A stretch of DNA of 62,127 nt, filler included, from Sphacelaria rigidula (lineage: Eukaryota): the NCBI GenBank assembly GCA_964200075.2. It is 8 parts of 8 records of this genome, joined end to end, with 100 filler letters (N's around TTAATTAATTAA, not from the genome) between each part and the next. Parts side by side here need not be neighbours in the genome. Positions count along the whole stretch, not along the records: positions 46,672 to 54,349 come from CAXNAA020013821.1; positions 54,450 to 62,127 come from CAXNAA020013822.1; 6 more parts are not named here. One strand, written 5' to 3'. The notes below the pieces were generated by a model. That model was not told where the DNA came from. It worked only from the letters and a program-made list of their open reading frames with translations, and did not search any database. The translations under genes and the position numbers were made by a program. Every line of letters begins with the position of its first letter. Position 1 is the first letter of the stretch. Shown here in pieces: positions 49,401 to 62,127 of this stretch.

Positions 49401-52041
49401 CAGGAAGGGAGCTAAGCTCGAGAGCCACGATCACCAGCCAAAGCGATAAAAGTCGCAGGTTTCTAACCTTATACTTCTAGAGGGACAGCTATGCGTACGA
49501 GTGAGTACGGAGTACAGCGCAGATATCGGGACGTTTTTTTGAAAAGAAGAAATAAGAAAAACAGCAACAACGGCTACGATGAGTGAAAGTTTCCAAGTTA
49601 TGCATTATGCATCAGGATCAGCTCCGCGTCCTCAATTCGGTACCGCTGTGCTGACATGACACAAAGAAATTTCCCGCGCTACGAATACGGAATCTTCGGG
49701 GAAGAGAAAGATATCCACGTGATAATGCAGACAACACTATGGAATATCCACAGCGTCAGGTTTGATGGCAACATACCAGTAGATACATCCATGCCGCATA
49801 CGAAACAGCGAGGCATAAGTTGGACAACCGTGGCAGTACTGGACGGTCAAAGCGCGGAAAAATTACGATCCACGCACACCTTTTATCATGACCGATTTTG
49901 CGCCAGTTTACAGACAAAGCGTACTTATGACACCCATACCTTCATTATGAAGGGCTGGCCGGCACAATGTAACCGTGTTGCTCCTTATCTATAATATAGA
50001 GGTGGTACTTTTGCAGATTAGGCGCCAAGACACTGCACACCTGGCTTAGGATGATAATGCTGGAACTTGATGTGTGTGCGGCTTGAAGCCGCAGGTAGGT
50101 GTTGACACAGGAGTTTCGGCGAACCAAGGCGCTTGTTTTGTGCGCTGCGTGGCTTGAACGGGTGACTATGCACGATGCCACGGTGATTCTGATAAAAAAG
50201 ATCACGTTCTTATGACAATTTTAGAGGGAAACGATATGAATCCGCGCGGAGGCAGGGACAAATCTTGACATCATTTTTGTGTACGTCGGCCGCCTGTCGG
50301 TCGAGGTTGCCACCCAGAGGGGCATAGTTGGACCCTCAGATCGGAACATGACAATTTGACAGTATACCTTACTCGAGATTTCCAGACCTACCGTACCCGC
50401 TCAATTGGGTATTTTCGAAAGTCATTCCTACGACACCCACGATACCCACGATACCACGTTATGGGATATCCTCGTAAATACCGGGGATATACGCGGTACA
50501 TACCGGACACGATGCACTCCCCACAGTGCAACAACTGGTCCCAACTTACGTTCAGGCCAGAAATTGTCGGAGCAGGTACGTCTTGTTTTCAAAAATAATA
50601 CCCGACTTTCCACCGATTTTCGCGTTTGGATCAATTCGAATGAACCCATTATTTAGTCTGAAGTGCAGTCCATTTTTCTTTTCTCAATCTGATGGGTCCA
50701 CCGAATTTCTGTTCTTAGAAGGCTTCAATTCCAATTTGTCATTGTTGGCGCGCGGAGAAAAACTACAAAACAAAGAAGCTAAGCTTTTTCGATCGAATAC
50801 ATGCGGTCGAAAGGCACGAAGCGGCACTTGACTCCTATCTTACAGACCACCACGCCAGATAACACCTGTTCACAGAGCCATGCTAACTCCATCCAACTCA
50901 TTCTCACCTACCACCGCAACCCTGCAGCATCGAGTACGAGTTGAGCACAGGGATAGATACGCTGCAGTAGTTGGGTATGCTTCGTTTATTTTTTGTTGGC
51001 GAAAACTGACGCATCCTCTACCACGGTAGGATCAGCGACGGAACTGCGTGGTAGGGTGGGCAACGGAATTGCGTACACGCTCATGGACAGTGCAGGCACT
51101 ACAAAGCTGCACGTTGCTGAAGTCCTTTTCACGTCGCATTGGAAGCAGAGATAACTGAAAGTCCTGGGCTTTCTGCACTGCACGTTGCCCGCTTCTCCTT
51201 GATGTCCTCCTGCATGGAACACGCACACACGCACTCAAGACACCCTGCTTGCAAGCAGTGCAGGCAGGACAGACTGTCTGTACAAGTACTGTACACGAGT
51301 GCTGATGAACCGTTTCACAAATTTCGTTGTCTTTTTTCAATCGAAAGCTTGAAAATTTGACAAAAAAAATGGGCGATTTTCGCTAAAATCAGTTCCACCG
51401 CCCCACTTTTTCGATCGGAAAAAAATGTGTCAAAAGCTTCGGGGCATGGCATCTATCTTTGCGCCCAACAAAAATCGAGACAGCGGAAGAAACGCGGCAC
51501 ACCTGTTTCAGTTGGGATAACAGTATAGCACATAATTTGTAGTTGACGTTCATCTCAGCACGTGAAGTTGATGCGAACCAGTGGCAAAAACAAAAAGTAC
51601 AAGGTTATGTTCAGCGAGGTACGAGTGTGTTCTGTAGGGTATGGGATTCCTTACAGAATTATCGGAATTATAGGGCAGGGGCACGAAAGTATTACAAATG
51701 TTACATAACTTGTTGAGTAGGGTATGGGAGGACTACAGAAAGCCTTACCCCGCGACCGGGTACTCTTCAAGGGTATACCCGTTCCCTGGGTAAGGGTAAA
51801 TATTCTGTTCAGAACTCACGGAACTGTCGGGTGAGAACATGGAAGGCTTGCAGAGTCATAGAACCTGTCGGGTAGGGTATGGATGCTGTAGAGAATACCG
51901 TACCCCCGGTAAGGGTACGGGATGCTTACAGAACTCAGAACTATCGGGTAGGGGTATGAAGGTCTTACAGAAGTTACAGAACTGTCGGGTATGTGCAATT
52001 CCCAGGAAAATATCCCGGGGGGTTATAGAAAACCGTACCCA

Positions 52042-52394
52042 GCCGGTCGCCCCAATGGCTCAGTTGGTAACCTCGAAATCTTTCAATGGTTGGGTCGTGG
52101 GTTCGAATCTCGGTGCAGTCACACGGTCTGTTTTTTTTCCTTCACACGATGCCCAACAGTGGAACGCTACTATGTCGTGGGTACACAAAAATTCGACTTC
52201 GTGGTCGACGAGGGAAAGGGACTGCTGCACCCCTCTCGCGATAAAAAATAAAAGGCAAGCTCCGCAGAAGGAAGGTGGAACGAGTTTTAGAACAAAGAGA
52301 AAAAACTCCTGTTTTGGCCTTCCTCCTGTATGACCCCGGCTGCTGCGTCCACATATACCGAAAGACAGAATAGATGGGATGACAACACACAACA
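52042..52394 (+). mobile_element. tRNA-derived SINE, family B, nested in the hAT-like MITE
   Basis: TGGCTCAGTTGG...GGTTCGAATC head; body colinear with 36921-37280; splits accgtac|actacagaac, which is contiguous at 39400-39415. Confidence 0.88.
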
Positions 52395-53554
52395 CTACAG
52401 AACATAACCCTTCAAAAATCCCCGGTGACATCAAATACTTACGTTCAGTGCAGACTGCCACATTCGATTATTTTGGGAGATGACACTCCCAGGTGCCCGC
52501 ATAGCGTGCGTGGGAGGCGTTTTCGCTCAAGTCGGTGCCATCGATGGTACTGGCTTGAGCTCTGCCAACACATATTTCGCCCATTATTGCGCATCATACC
52601 CTTCTCCCCCTTGCCCGAAAGTTTTCGTTGCGCCATGAATTCGGATTATGGTCAGGGTTGTGGTAAGCGTTAGCGTTAGCACTAATGTGCGACTGTCAGC
52701 CCTGTGACTATTATCATCCGAATGTGATGCTTCACACTAGAGCAATTATTTTTCAACCATGGATTTGGGGAGCTGGATTCCGAAGAACTCTATTGGTGGT
52801 CTTCCTTTTGGAGAAAATATTTCTGAATCTCCCCGCGCGCGCCCGTACCAACGACCTGCACCTTACAACCCTCGACAACACATATCCCACCCTACACACA
52901 CACACACACACACACAACTTCCCGAGCATGGCTTGTCTTCCGTCGGTGTTTACTGGCAACGATAATTTTTGGTGACTCTTTCCTGCCGTGGAATAGAAAG
53001 CGTGGCTGTCTTTTGCCGATGCGCATGCACAACGGACGGAGCCGCTGAGCCGCCTTCATTTCGAATCTGATGCTTCCGTCCGTCCAGAACGTTCCACCTG
53101 ATCTAAATTTTTTTTGCCCCTCAAATATACATATAAGTATGTACTCGTGTGTGTTAATGAGGTGTGAAAAAATGTACCACAGCTTGATTTTGTACTCGAG
53201 CCTAAGCTTGCTCCGGGAGGATGAGGGTGAGGGGGTGTAGTCACGATCATGCATGCCGTAGTCATACGACCATTGACCTCGCTTCCCTACAAAGCCGGGA
53301 CAGAGCACGCCGGGTTTTCGCCGGACCAGGCTCGCACTCAACCACCAAACGCGAAGCGCCGTAGTGTGTTCGGCGAACGAATGAGGGGTGAGCTGCATCC
53401 TACCAAGATTGTTCGGCCCGAAGCCTACAGACTATCTTGCAAAATGGATAACAGGCTACAATGAGTTGCTTTATTTTCTTGTATCGCCACTTCCGGCCAC
53501 AGCCATGGCTTCTACACTGCCTTATGGGTGTCTCACCATAGGGTGTTGGGGGGG

Positions 53555-53635
53555 GGGGGTACCTCCAATCGAACAGGAGGTACCCTCGGTTCAAGGGGAG
53601 GTATCCTCAATCCAACGGGAGGTATCCCCAATCCG
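53555..53635. repeat. 21-bp tandem repeat x4
   Basis: ggaggta(c/t)cc.caatc.aac units. Confidence 0.8.
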
Positions 53636-56600
53636 AGTGACAACGCTGCCGCGCATAGTCAGATATTCGAATTTGAAGTTGGCTCATTTCATGAGAATAA
53701 AGGACGGTATTTTCCTGGACTTGGAGCAATCGTGGACACTGTTTTCAGAACATTGGCACGAGAGTTGACTGCGAGTTGGAAATATATCGAGCTGATTTGG
53801 TGGGGGAAAAAAAACGACCGAGTTTTGGAGTTGTCTTTAGACAATGCCGCGCTGTACAGAACGGGTTCGGGAAAATATCACTTCGCCTACGCCCGGGTGC
53901 ATATATGCCCTAGATTACTCCTGTAGAGAATGAAGCTACTTGCAGATGCCTTCGTACTGCTTTTATTGCGGTTTAATCGTGAGCTTGTTCCGTATTCATT
54001 AGGCCAAAATAGGGGGGGCGGGGGGGGGGGAGTGCCGCGGGGAGAGTGTAAGGAAAGGGTGCAGTGGTGCCGGAACGGAGAGATATGCCACCTCCTGATG
54101 TATTGCGCAACAATTTCTGATCTTGGTTGTTTTATCCCCGCGTATGTATGCTGTTTATTATTGTGATGTGATATTTTTTTCTCTGGCCGTTTTTTTTATA
54201 TGCTCATTTGTTTTCTTGCGATGGGCTGTTACCGTCTCTTTCCCTTCTGTTGTGTTGTATTCCTCTTTTTTTTTTTTTCATTTCCTCTTTTCACCCACCC
54301 CCCTCCCGTTTCTTTTTTTTTCTTCTCAAATTTTCGTTGGCAGTGTACTNNNNNNNNNNNNNNNNNNNNNNNNNNNNNNNNNNNNNNNNNNNNTTAATTA
54401 ATTAANNNNNNNNNNNNNNNNNNNNNNNNNNNNNNNNNNNNNNNNNNNNAGAGGATGTCTGACACACTTATGAGCCTCGTTTTTCGTGCAACCAAATACC
54501 CCCCCCCCTATCGTAGGATAACTCAACGATACAGGGCAGATGCTTGCACTGTGAAAGCCGAGAAGTATGTGTCTACCCGAGGGGACAGGCACAATAGTGC
54601 ACCTGCCGAGCGTGCAATAGTAGAAGCTGCTCGCCCGCGACTGAAGCAACAACGCGGTGCCACTTTGAGGGGCGCGAAGGTGACGACGCATGTGTCTGTC
54701 CGAAGAGACGCACTGGGCAGCAAAAACAGTGAGAGTACAGTAGTCGATGCTGAATTAGCAGCCGCTGGCAGTGCTGTTGGAAGATTCGAACAAGTCCCAC
54801 AGCCAGCGCTAGTCCGAGAGGACAAGCACGAGAACGCTAGAGGCGTTGCCGCTATTGCCGTCAAGGAGCAAGCCGGACAGGAGCTGGCGGCTGTAGCGAG
54901 TATGGGTGATACTGCTGCTGCTGTTGGCGATGTTGAGAGGGCGAGGCCTACATGAGCCAATAAGCAAGTACTGGTGGGCGGCGGTCCCAGTTGCTTGTTG
55001 CCGCCGAACCAGCGCAAAGCTGGAGATACTCCTTGCATGCTCGAAGCCGCAGGGGGTGTTATTCGCGTATTGCGAACGAGCAGGGTGAGCAAGGAGCTTG
55101 CCGTGCTCATGGTGAATCTATCTGCGCCAGTGACTTGGCGGGAGACCGTTCAGATGATTCACAGGGGTGTCTGCTTGAAGGACAGGTGGATGCCGGGTTG
55201 GCGGAATTGCCCCCGGAGCAGCGAGTAGCCGTGGACACGCCTTGCATGATCGAAACAGGGGCGTGTGACCCGCGAGAAGCGGGTACGCAGAGCGAGCTGC
55301 AAGCTCGTGATGCTGTTAGCGATTGCAGTTCTGACGGCGACGACGAGCGTCGCGTGGTATTTGGGTGGTCGTGTGCACTGCTGTATGCATAGATAGGTTT
55401 GGCGTATTTGACGGCGTTGATTGCGGTGTCCTTACCGCTGTACGGTCAGGTGCTGGAGGAGGATGGCGTGATGCCATCGGGAGGTGTTGCTGTGCGGGAC
55501 TGTATGGATATTCCCGTTTTTCTTCTTGTTTCCCCTTAAAAAAGCGACTGAAGAACGAGCGTTCGTGAATGCGCAAGCCTCTGTGGGGGCGGAGGATCTG
55601 TCCCATTGGTTTCGCGGTGCGGATATACCGTTTAGTGGCGAGCTAAGCAGGTCCACGAGGGTGGGAGCTGTAGTTGGACTCATGGCGCGAGGAGTGAGTG
55701 TTCGAGTGGAAACGCTGCTCTACGCTGTGCACGGGGTTGTGGTTCGAGTGCTGCTGTTTCTCAGGAGCGGGCTGGAGGACTACAAAGAAGGCATTACCTG
55801 AGGTGTTTGCCGTTGTGATGAGCGCCGAGTTGGGTGCTGATGTTGAGGACCAAGTGCTGAGGTGATTGAGTGCTTGTTGAGAATGAGGCAACACATTATG
55901 ACTGGTATTCGCGAATCGTTTTGAGAATGGTTGCAGCTTGTTATTGTGTGGTTTGTGGTCATGTTTACGCATGAGACATGGTTGTTGAGCGAGTATGATC
56001 GTATCGCGTGTGTAGGGTAAAACTCTGGGGTACACGTGGATATTTGGCATGTGTGTGTTGTGCCGATCTGGTTGGCACGGACGATTCATGGTGTTTGCTG
56101 TGAGGACGGTGGCATTGCGTGTCTGAGTAAAATACTGGCATGCATGTGCGGGTTTTCAAACAAGAGTTGGAGAACGAGCTAACGAGGGGTGATCAATGAT
56201 GGCGGGGGTCGAGGTCCGTTCGCCGTCGTTGGATTAGTATGTATGACTTGAATAGTGGTTTGAGTCATGGCTTTCCTTTGATTGTCTGAATGAAATGATG
56301 GCGAGTTGAAGCATTGAAGCTTTGACGGCGGGGAGGCATGCGATGCATACGTTTTTTACGGTGTTGCAGAAGCAAGAGGCCAGATGCGTTTTAGACGTGT
56401 TTGGTGCTAATTTCCTTCCAACGTGAGGATGATGTATCATTTGGCTGTTGCACTCTGTTGCGCACGTGTTGAAGGTAAAAAGAGTGCATTTTGTATGTTG
56501 AAAAGTACCTTGTCTCGGATGAGAAGGATGATGAGTCACGAATGCTCTGGAATCTGACGTTCGCTGACATTTCCGGTTTCGTTCCGATGAAGAATCAAGA

Positions 56601-58773
56601 GACTTGTTCTGGGCGAAGACTTGGGAATTTGGCGCTAGCTATCGCTTTGTAACTCGAAGTGGTGCAAGTAGCGTGATTGCATGTTCATGATGGACGATAT
56701 TTTCTTGGGATCTCTTGCGAGTTGTTCGGAAGTGAGGCAAGCTTGTATGGAGCTGTTGTCGAAAGCAGCGAAAGAGATTGCTATTCTTTGCGAAAAGCGA
56801 CGGTATTATCAGGCACCAATGATGCCTGAGTTTGTCGAGCTCTGATGTAACCACTTGTTGGTAGTAGAGAGCTTTGGGGGTGCTGAAGACTCTAGCCACC
56901 ATTGTTACCTAAGGTTAAGGACATTCTGTAGGTGAAATTGCGGATCTAATTGCCGGACTCTGTGATGGGTGACCTCCATGACGTGTAGAACCGGTTTTGC
57001 TCCTCCAGTGGAGAGAGGCTAGGGTACTGTTCTCCTGTAATATGCTGAGGGTTAATACATGAAAACTCAAGTTGCTGAAGTTCATGTGCTCGAGATGGGA
57101 GAAGTCCACATGGCGATCTGATCTTGAGTGACATAAGTCTGTAGTGGAAGCCATTAACACGCTAGACAGCGCTGATGGGCCGAGGCGTATAGATATAGAT
57201 AAGGTTGACTCAATCCCTTCGTATAGACAACGCATGCGTGTACTCGGGGTATACACAGAGAGCAATGCTACGATAGGGGTTGCACTTTTTGTTTCTGGGT
57301 CTTGTTTTTGTAGGAGCCCAAATATATGGGGCTTAGTGTGCAAACCAAATCTCCGGGGACAGGACATGGAGATGAACACAGGGACCTTTTCGTGAATCGG
57401 TATCATGATCAGTCTTTTTCAAGTGAAAATGATGCCGATTCTCAGAATAATCCGTGCAACACTCTGAGAAACTTTTTCGCTCAAAAAATGCAAGCCTACC
57501 GTAGTACACTCCAGAGAGAGTGAGGATCACTCAAGATCGGGTGGTGCATCACACTGTGCTACCCGTTCCATTATCATTTTCCACACAAATCTCCAACAGC
57601 ACCCGTAGATCATAATCTCTAGCCGATTACCCCAAACAGCCCCCCTAATCGGAATGGAATAGTGATCACGAAACCTATCACGAATCGCCAAGAATAAACA
57701 ACAATCAATCAAACCTCAAGTTCCTCCTTCATATCGAGCGTAAATCTCCCAGGTCTCTCAATCCAAAAATAAAACTGGAAGATATCAAAAACATTAAAAA
57801 TAAAAACAATTAAAAAACAATCAGTCCCCTTGAGAAAATTTTCCATCAAATCTCACTTCATCAAAATAACTTCTTAATCCGCGCCGAACACACTCACAGG
57901 TGGCCACCGAGGTGCCTGCAACCTCAAATTTGGATGTTATGGACGTTGCACAAGGTCTGTAACGTCAAAATTTGAGGTTGCAGGCACCCCAGTGGCCAGT
58001 CGCGCTTCTCCCGGGGGAAATACTCTCAACTCGAAACAACACTTCACCAGAAGAGCAGTTCATGAAGCGCCCACTGCACATAGGTTCGGGTCATCATCTT
58101 CTTGACACGAAGCGTCGATATTTGGATCAGGGATGGAGCTACCAGATAGTGTGTGCATGTTCAGACGGAACGCTTTCATCCACTCCTGCAATGATTAGTG
58201 TGGCGGATGGAGTGGTATCGCTGGTAACACCATCGCCGAGAAAAAGGGGCACAGCCGGAGCTTCATCGATGGGGGGCAGAGGTGCCGTGGTTGGGGTCAA
58301 ATTTTGGGGAGTCATGCTCCGCGGGGGTTGGGGAGGGACGCGGAACCTATCGGGTATGTGAATGGGAGTTTTGAGGGCAACATCAGGGCCGCAGACAGCC
58401 CAGATTGGCGGCCGTCGTCCACGGGCTTTACTCAAAATTCAAAACTCGGCCTTGAGCAGAGAGGACGAAGTCAGTGCAGGACGGTTCTGCATCTAATGCG
58501 AAAACCATCTGTTGGCCAGTTGCGCGGAAATGATCATAACCCATCATGGTGTTGCAGGAAGTCCCCTTGAGACTGAATACAACGACTGCGGTTGTGAACG
58601 ACCTAGTACTGATCCATGAGCTGCAGTGGTCAGCACACCCACGCCCAACGCTGGCGTATAAATCAGTCAGAGTGGGATGACGAGACCTGTCTCATCATTC
58701 CTGCTCAAACAATAACACACCATGTCTTCGGTGGGATCCCCGATACCATCGCTATGGCGCCGACGCCACGTCA

Positions 58774-59590
58774 TCAAAGCCGACGCGATCACTATTGCCA
58801 AATGTCTCGTCTCCCGACCCGGTTGTCCAACGACACACGTAGCTGCTCAAAACGTCCTCCCACACAAGAATTTCTGCTCTCCTGCACCGCCCGCGTGTTC
58901 GTTCTTATTGCCACGGTGCAGGGTCTCTTTTGCTTTTTGTGCTTGAGACATCATGTCAGCTGCACTCAAGTTAGCCTTGAACAAAGCACCGCTCCGACTC
59001 AACAACATACGCAACAGCGTCGCCGACAACACATACTCGCCAACAATACCGACGCTGCGTACACATTTCTCCCGAGACAATCTCTGTTCATTCGCGCCGC
59101 CTGTTTCTTCTCGTCGCTATGGCGCAGGGTCCCTTTCGCTTGCCCCCCAGAAAAACACGGTGCGTAGCCAGCCGAGGCCAACGCCCACCAAAACACCCGA
59201 CGCCACGCTATCAAAGCCGACGCGACCACCATTGCCAAATGTCTCATCTCCCGACCCGTCCAGCTATACACGTAGCTGCTCAATATGTCCTCCTACACGA
59301 GAATCTCTGCTCTTCTGCACCGCCCGCGTGCTTTCATTGCCACGGTGCAGGGTCTCTTTTGCTCTTTGTGCTAAAGACATCAGGTCAACTGCACCCAAGT
59401 CAGTCGTGAACAAAGCACTGTTCTGACTCAACAACACACGCAACATGCCTTCGAGAAAATATGCTCGCCATCAACACAAATAGTGCGTTCACATCCCTCC
59501 GAGGTCAATCTACATTCCTCTGCAGACAGTCTCTGTTATTCCGTGCCGTCTGTCGCTTCCCATCGATACGACACGGGATCCCTTTTGCTC
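58774..59590. repeat. ~437-bp tandem duplication
   Basis: tcaaagccgacgcga.cac.attgccaaatgtctc at 58774 and 59211, colinear through ccacggtgcagggtctcttttgct and gaacaaagcac. Confidence 0.88.
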
Positions 59591-62127
59591 GTCTCTCCGG
59601 GAGTGGTAAATACCACCGGGATCACGACTCACAAGAATAAAAAGCGTCCCTGTCGTACTAGCGCTGGCACAACTATCCACTCGAAATGCCCTCGCGTTCT
59701 CTTCCCCTCCCCCCCCCCTAAGGCAGTTTCATACCCAACAAAACTCGCACGTATGCATACCGATGCCGATTACCCCAATCACTCTTCAAGCACAAGCTAT
59801 CCACCCTCATTACCGAATAATAGCACCAGCAGCTACGGTCGCCCCGTCACCTCGACAAAAGTTTGCGAGAGCTGGTACGCTGTTTGACAACAACAAGCGA
59901 GTACCGGTAACCAGGCGAGCAAGGACAGGCTACAAATACTCCAACCGCGGGGCAGTCCGAGGTTCGACTCATGTTGTCTACGGCCAGGCACAGTTGGTGT
60001 GGCCAGGTGAAGTCCGAGACTGTTTCGGAACTGTAAGAGTTTTGTATATTCCTTGGCTTTCTGCGCCACCGGCAGGAGTGCAAGTTCCACAACGGCACGT
60101 TCTGTGGAAACGATCACATATGGGCGAACAATGTACCAAAGCACAACCACGCGAGCAACTCACCGGGGGGAAACTGTGTGCTGCAACGCACAACCAGGAT
60201 ATATCACCCACAACGCACTACAGACCATGGCAGAAGACGTCAAGAAAGGCAATACACGGGACTGCTTCTAGCCCTAAGAGCGGAAACCAAATCAGCGCAT
60301 GCTGCTTATTGCAGGACACACGAAATGCAACATACGGCGCTAGCTCCACACTAATCGCGAGTGCGCGTTTACATAACTCACTGACGGGTGAAGCACGGTC
60401 CACAATTCTGGCCAGCGGCTACCTGCTGAAGCAGTCAAGGATCGTGGTGGGACGACAAACGGTGAAATTGGAGCACTCAGCAAGGTTCATTCCTGCCGTA
60501 ATGCGCGTTGTTGTTACCTGTCGGTCTGGAGGAAGCACCCACTTCAGGAGGTCATGTATCATCCATCCGCCTGCCAAAGTAGGACATAATGAAACAATCT
60601 CGTGATCCCAATCTAGAAACACAAATCCGCCAGAGAGGGTATAGCCTAACAAGACGAAGAGGTTGAGATACGCCTGCGCCTTGCAGAAAATATATACGAA
60701 CATACCCCAAACTCCTCTGTGAAAGCATCTGGATGCGGATAAGGACTTGTACGAATGCGATCATCGCGAGAGCTCCGGCGAGACATTGCAGCCTTCCAAG
60801 CATGTGTGCTAGACAGGTGTGCCCAAGACGTCTCTCAAACAGAATACACCCGTGGTCAGCGTTATCATCGTGGTAGAGGCAGTCGTGTTCAAAACCGTCG
60901 ACAGCTCGGCGCACATTTACAGTTATTTTACGATACATGATCGAGGGTGCAGCTGGTGACGGTGTTTAACACCCTCTGGTGTTGAGGTAGTGCAGCGTTC
61001 TCAACCTCAACTTCGCCAGAGGGTCAAGACGGGTATGAGCTGAACGCTGGGATCACATACTCACAAAGAATGAACAGCGGAATATTGCTTGTCTTCTCGA
61101 TGGATACAGCCGAAAAGAGGGGCACGAAATTTTTTCCGCGTTGCACACTTCCTCTGCCTGATCCGCCCCGCCTCAACACAAAATGGAAAATTCTAGGCAA
61201 AGAAGCGTCTGCACGTGGACGGGACATATGCAGCGTGTGCGATCACAGTCAGGACATTTCATTTGTACCCTAAGGAATGCCCTCATCGCCGCGTTCGTAC
61301 AAAGGAGCCGCTTCGTTCACTATTTCCTCCCAGCAACAGAAAACGACGCAGTGATCCATCGCCTGTGGAACGTGCGCCGAAAGTTCGAAGTGTTCAAACC
61401 CAGCCTTGCCAACAACAGCGATGTGCGTTACCGCAAAATGCGCCAACAACCCACCGGCCATTCACCGATTATGGCCAGAAACATAGCTTATCGCGATAAG
61501 CGCAAGCAATCTTCCTGGAATACGACATGCTGTACACAAGACGGTGAACAGGTGGGCGTCTCTACACTTCCTCGCTCCCACAGAAAGATGCTCGTAAAAC
61601 CACTGCCCAAAAAGGATCCACGAGAGAATTAAAAAAGGGGGGCGCCTCCGTTGTATATTTCGCTCTTCCTTCGCCATACTTCCCTTCTTCGGGACGATTC
61701 CGTCTCCTCGAGGGATCAATCTATGTCTCCCTCGGTACATGTCCGACATTTTGGTATCGCGGACTGGGTCATGACTAGCACTTCCATACCATGGCGACTT
61801 CCGCAAAAGTCCTCCATGCTACTCCGGTCTCACGTTTCCAACGATGAAAACCACCACATCCTCGGAACAAGTTGTTTCTGCCAGGTGCGAATCCTAAACT
61901 CCGCCACAGCGGGTTTTGAGGTGTCCAGCTAGACCGCGGGGGCATCGCAGCTCATTGTTGATCATGTATTGCACTTCATGATCGGGGGAGAGGTAGATTG
62001 ATCCCTTGAGACCACGGACTCATCCCGAGGAGGGGGGGGGGGGTTCAAAGTATGAGGGAAAAAAAAAAACGTGAAGCGTGGCGCACCTTTCAGGGGCACA
62101 CAAGCGGGTGGCGCGCGGCGTCGTGGT

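Noticed and set aside
52042-52115. tRNA genes (also ~37205-37280, ~38420-38490, ~41520-41590)
   Set aside because: A and B boxes are present, but there is no proper acceptor or anticodon stem, and each continues into a shared SINE body.
59763-60605. 280-aa ORF as a real gene
   Set aside because: No domain motif, splice structure or codon bias recognised. Similar ORFs (3190-3744, 14359-14850, 38240-38845, 51839-52333) fall inside non-coding repeats.

Overview
Eukaryotic, repeat-rich DNA, most likely from a brown alga (inferred from long introns with short GC-rich exons, poly-C/G contig ends and the style of the transposons). The window is not one locus. It is eight unrelated contigs of 7678-7679 bp (1-7679, 7780-15458, 15559-23237, 23338-31015, 31116-38793, 38894-46571, 46672-54349, 54450-62127) joined by 100-bp N/TTAATTAATTAA linkers. 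Recognisable content: three exons of a KIF9-like kinesin (one with a probable GC splice donor); a decayed Helitron RepHel with a C-terminal OTU domain, preceded by an apparently intact 3-exon Cys-rich gene; a Ty1/copia pol with PPT and 3' LTR inserted into a dead zinc-finger ORF; a degraded unclassified transposase with GTDRLE/STDRL motifs; the first exon of an unknown host gene; two tRNA-derived SINE families; and piggyBac-, mariner-, Harbinger- and hAT-type MITEs, hairpins and a 42-bp palindromic tandem array. The best leads are the Helitron-associated spliced zinc-ribbon gene and the GTDRLE transposase. No CRISPR, rRNA or genuine tRNA gene was found.
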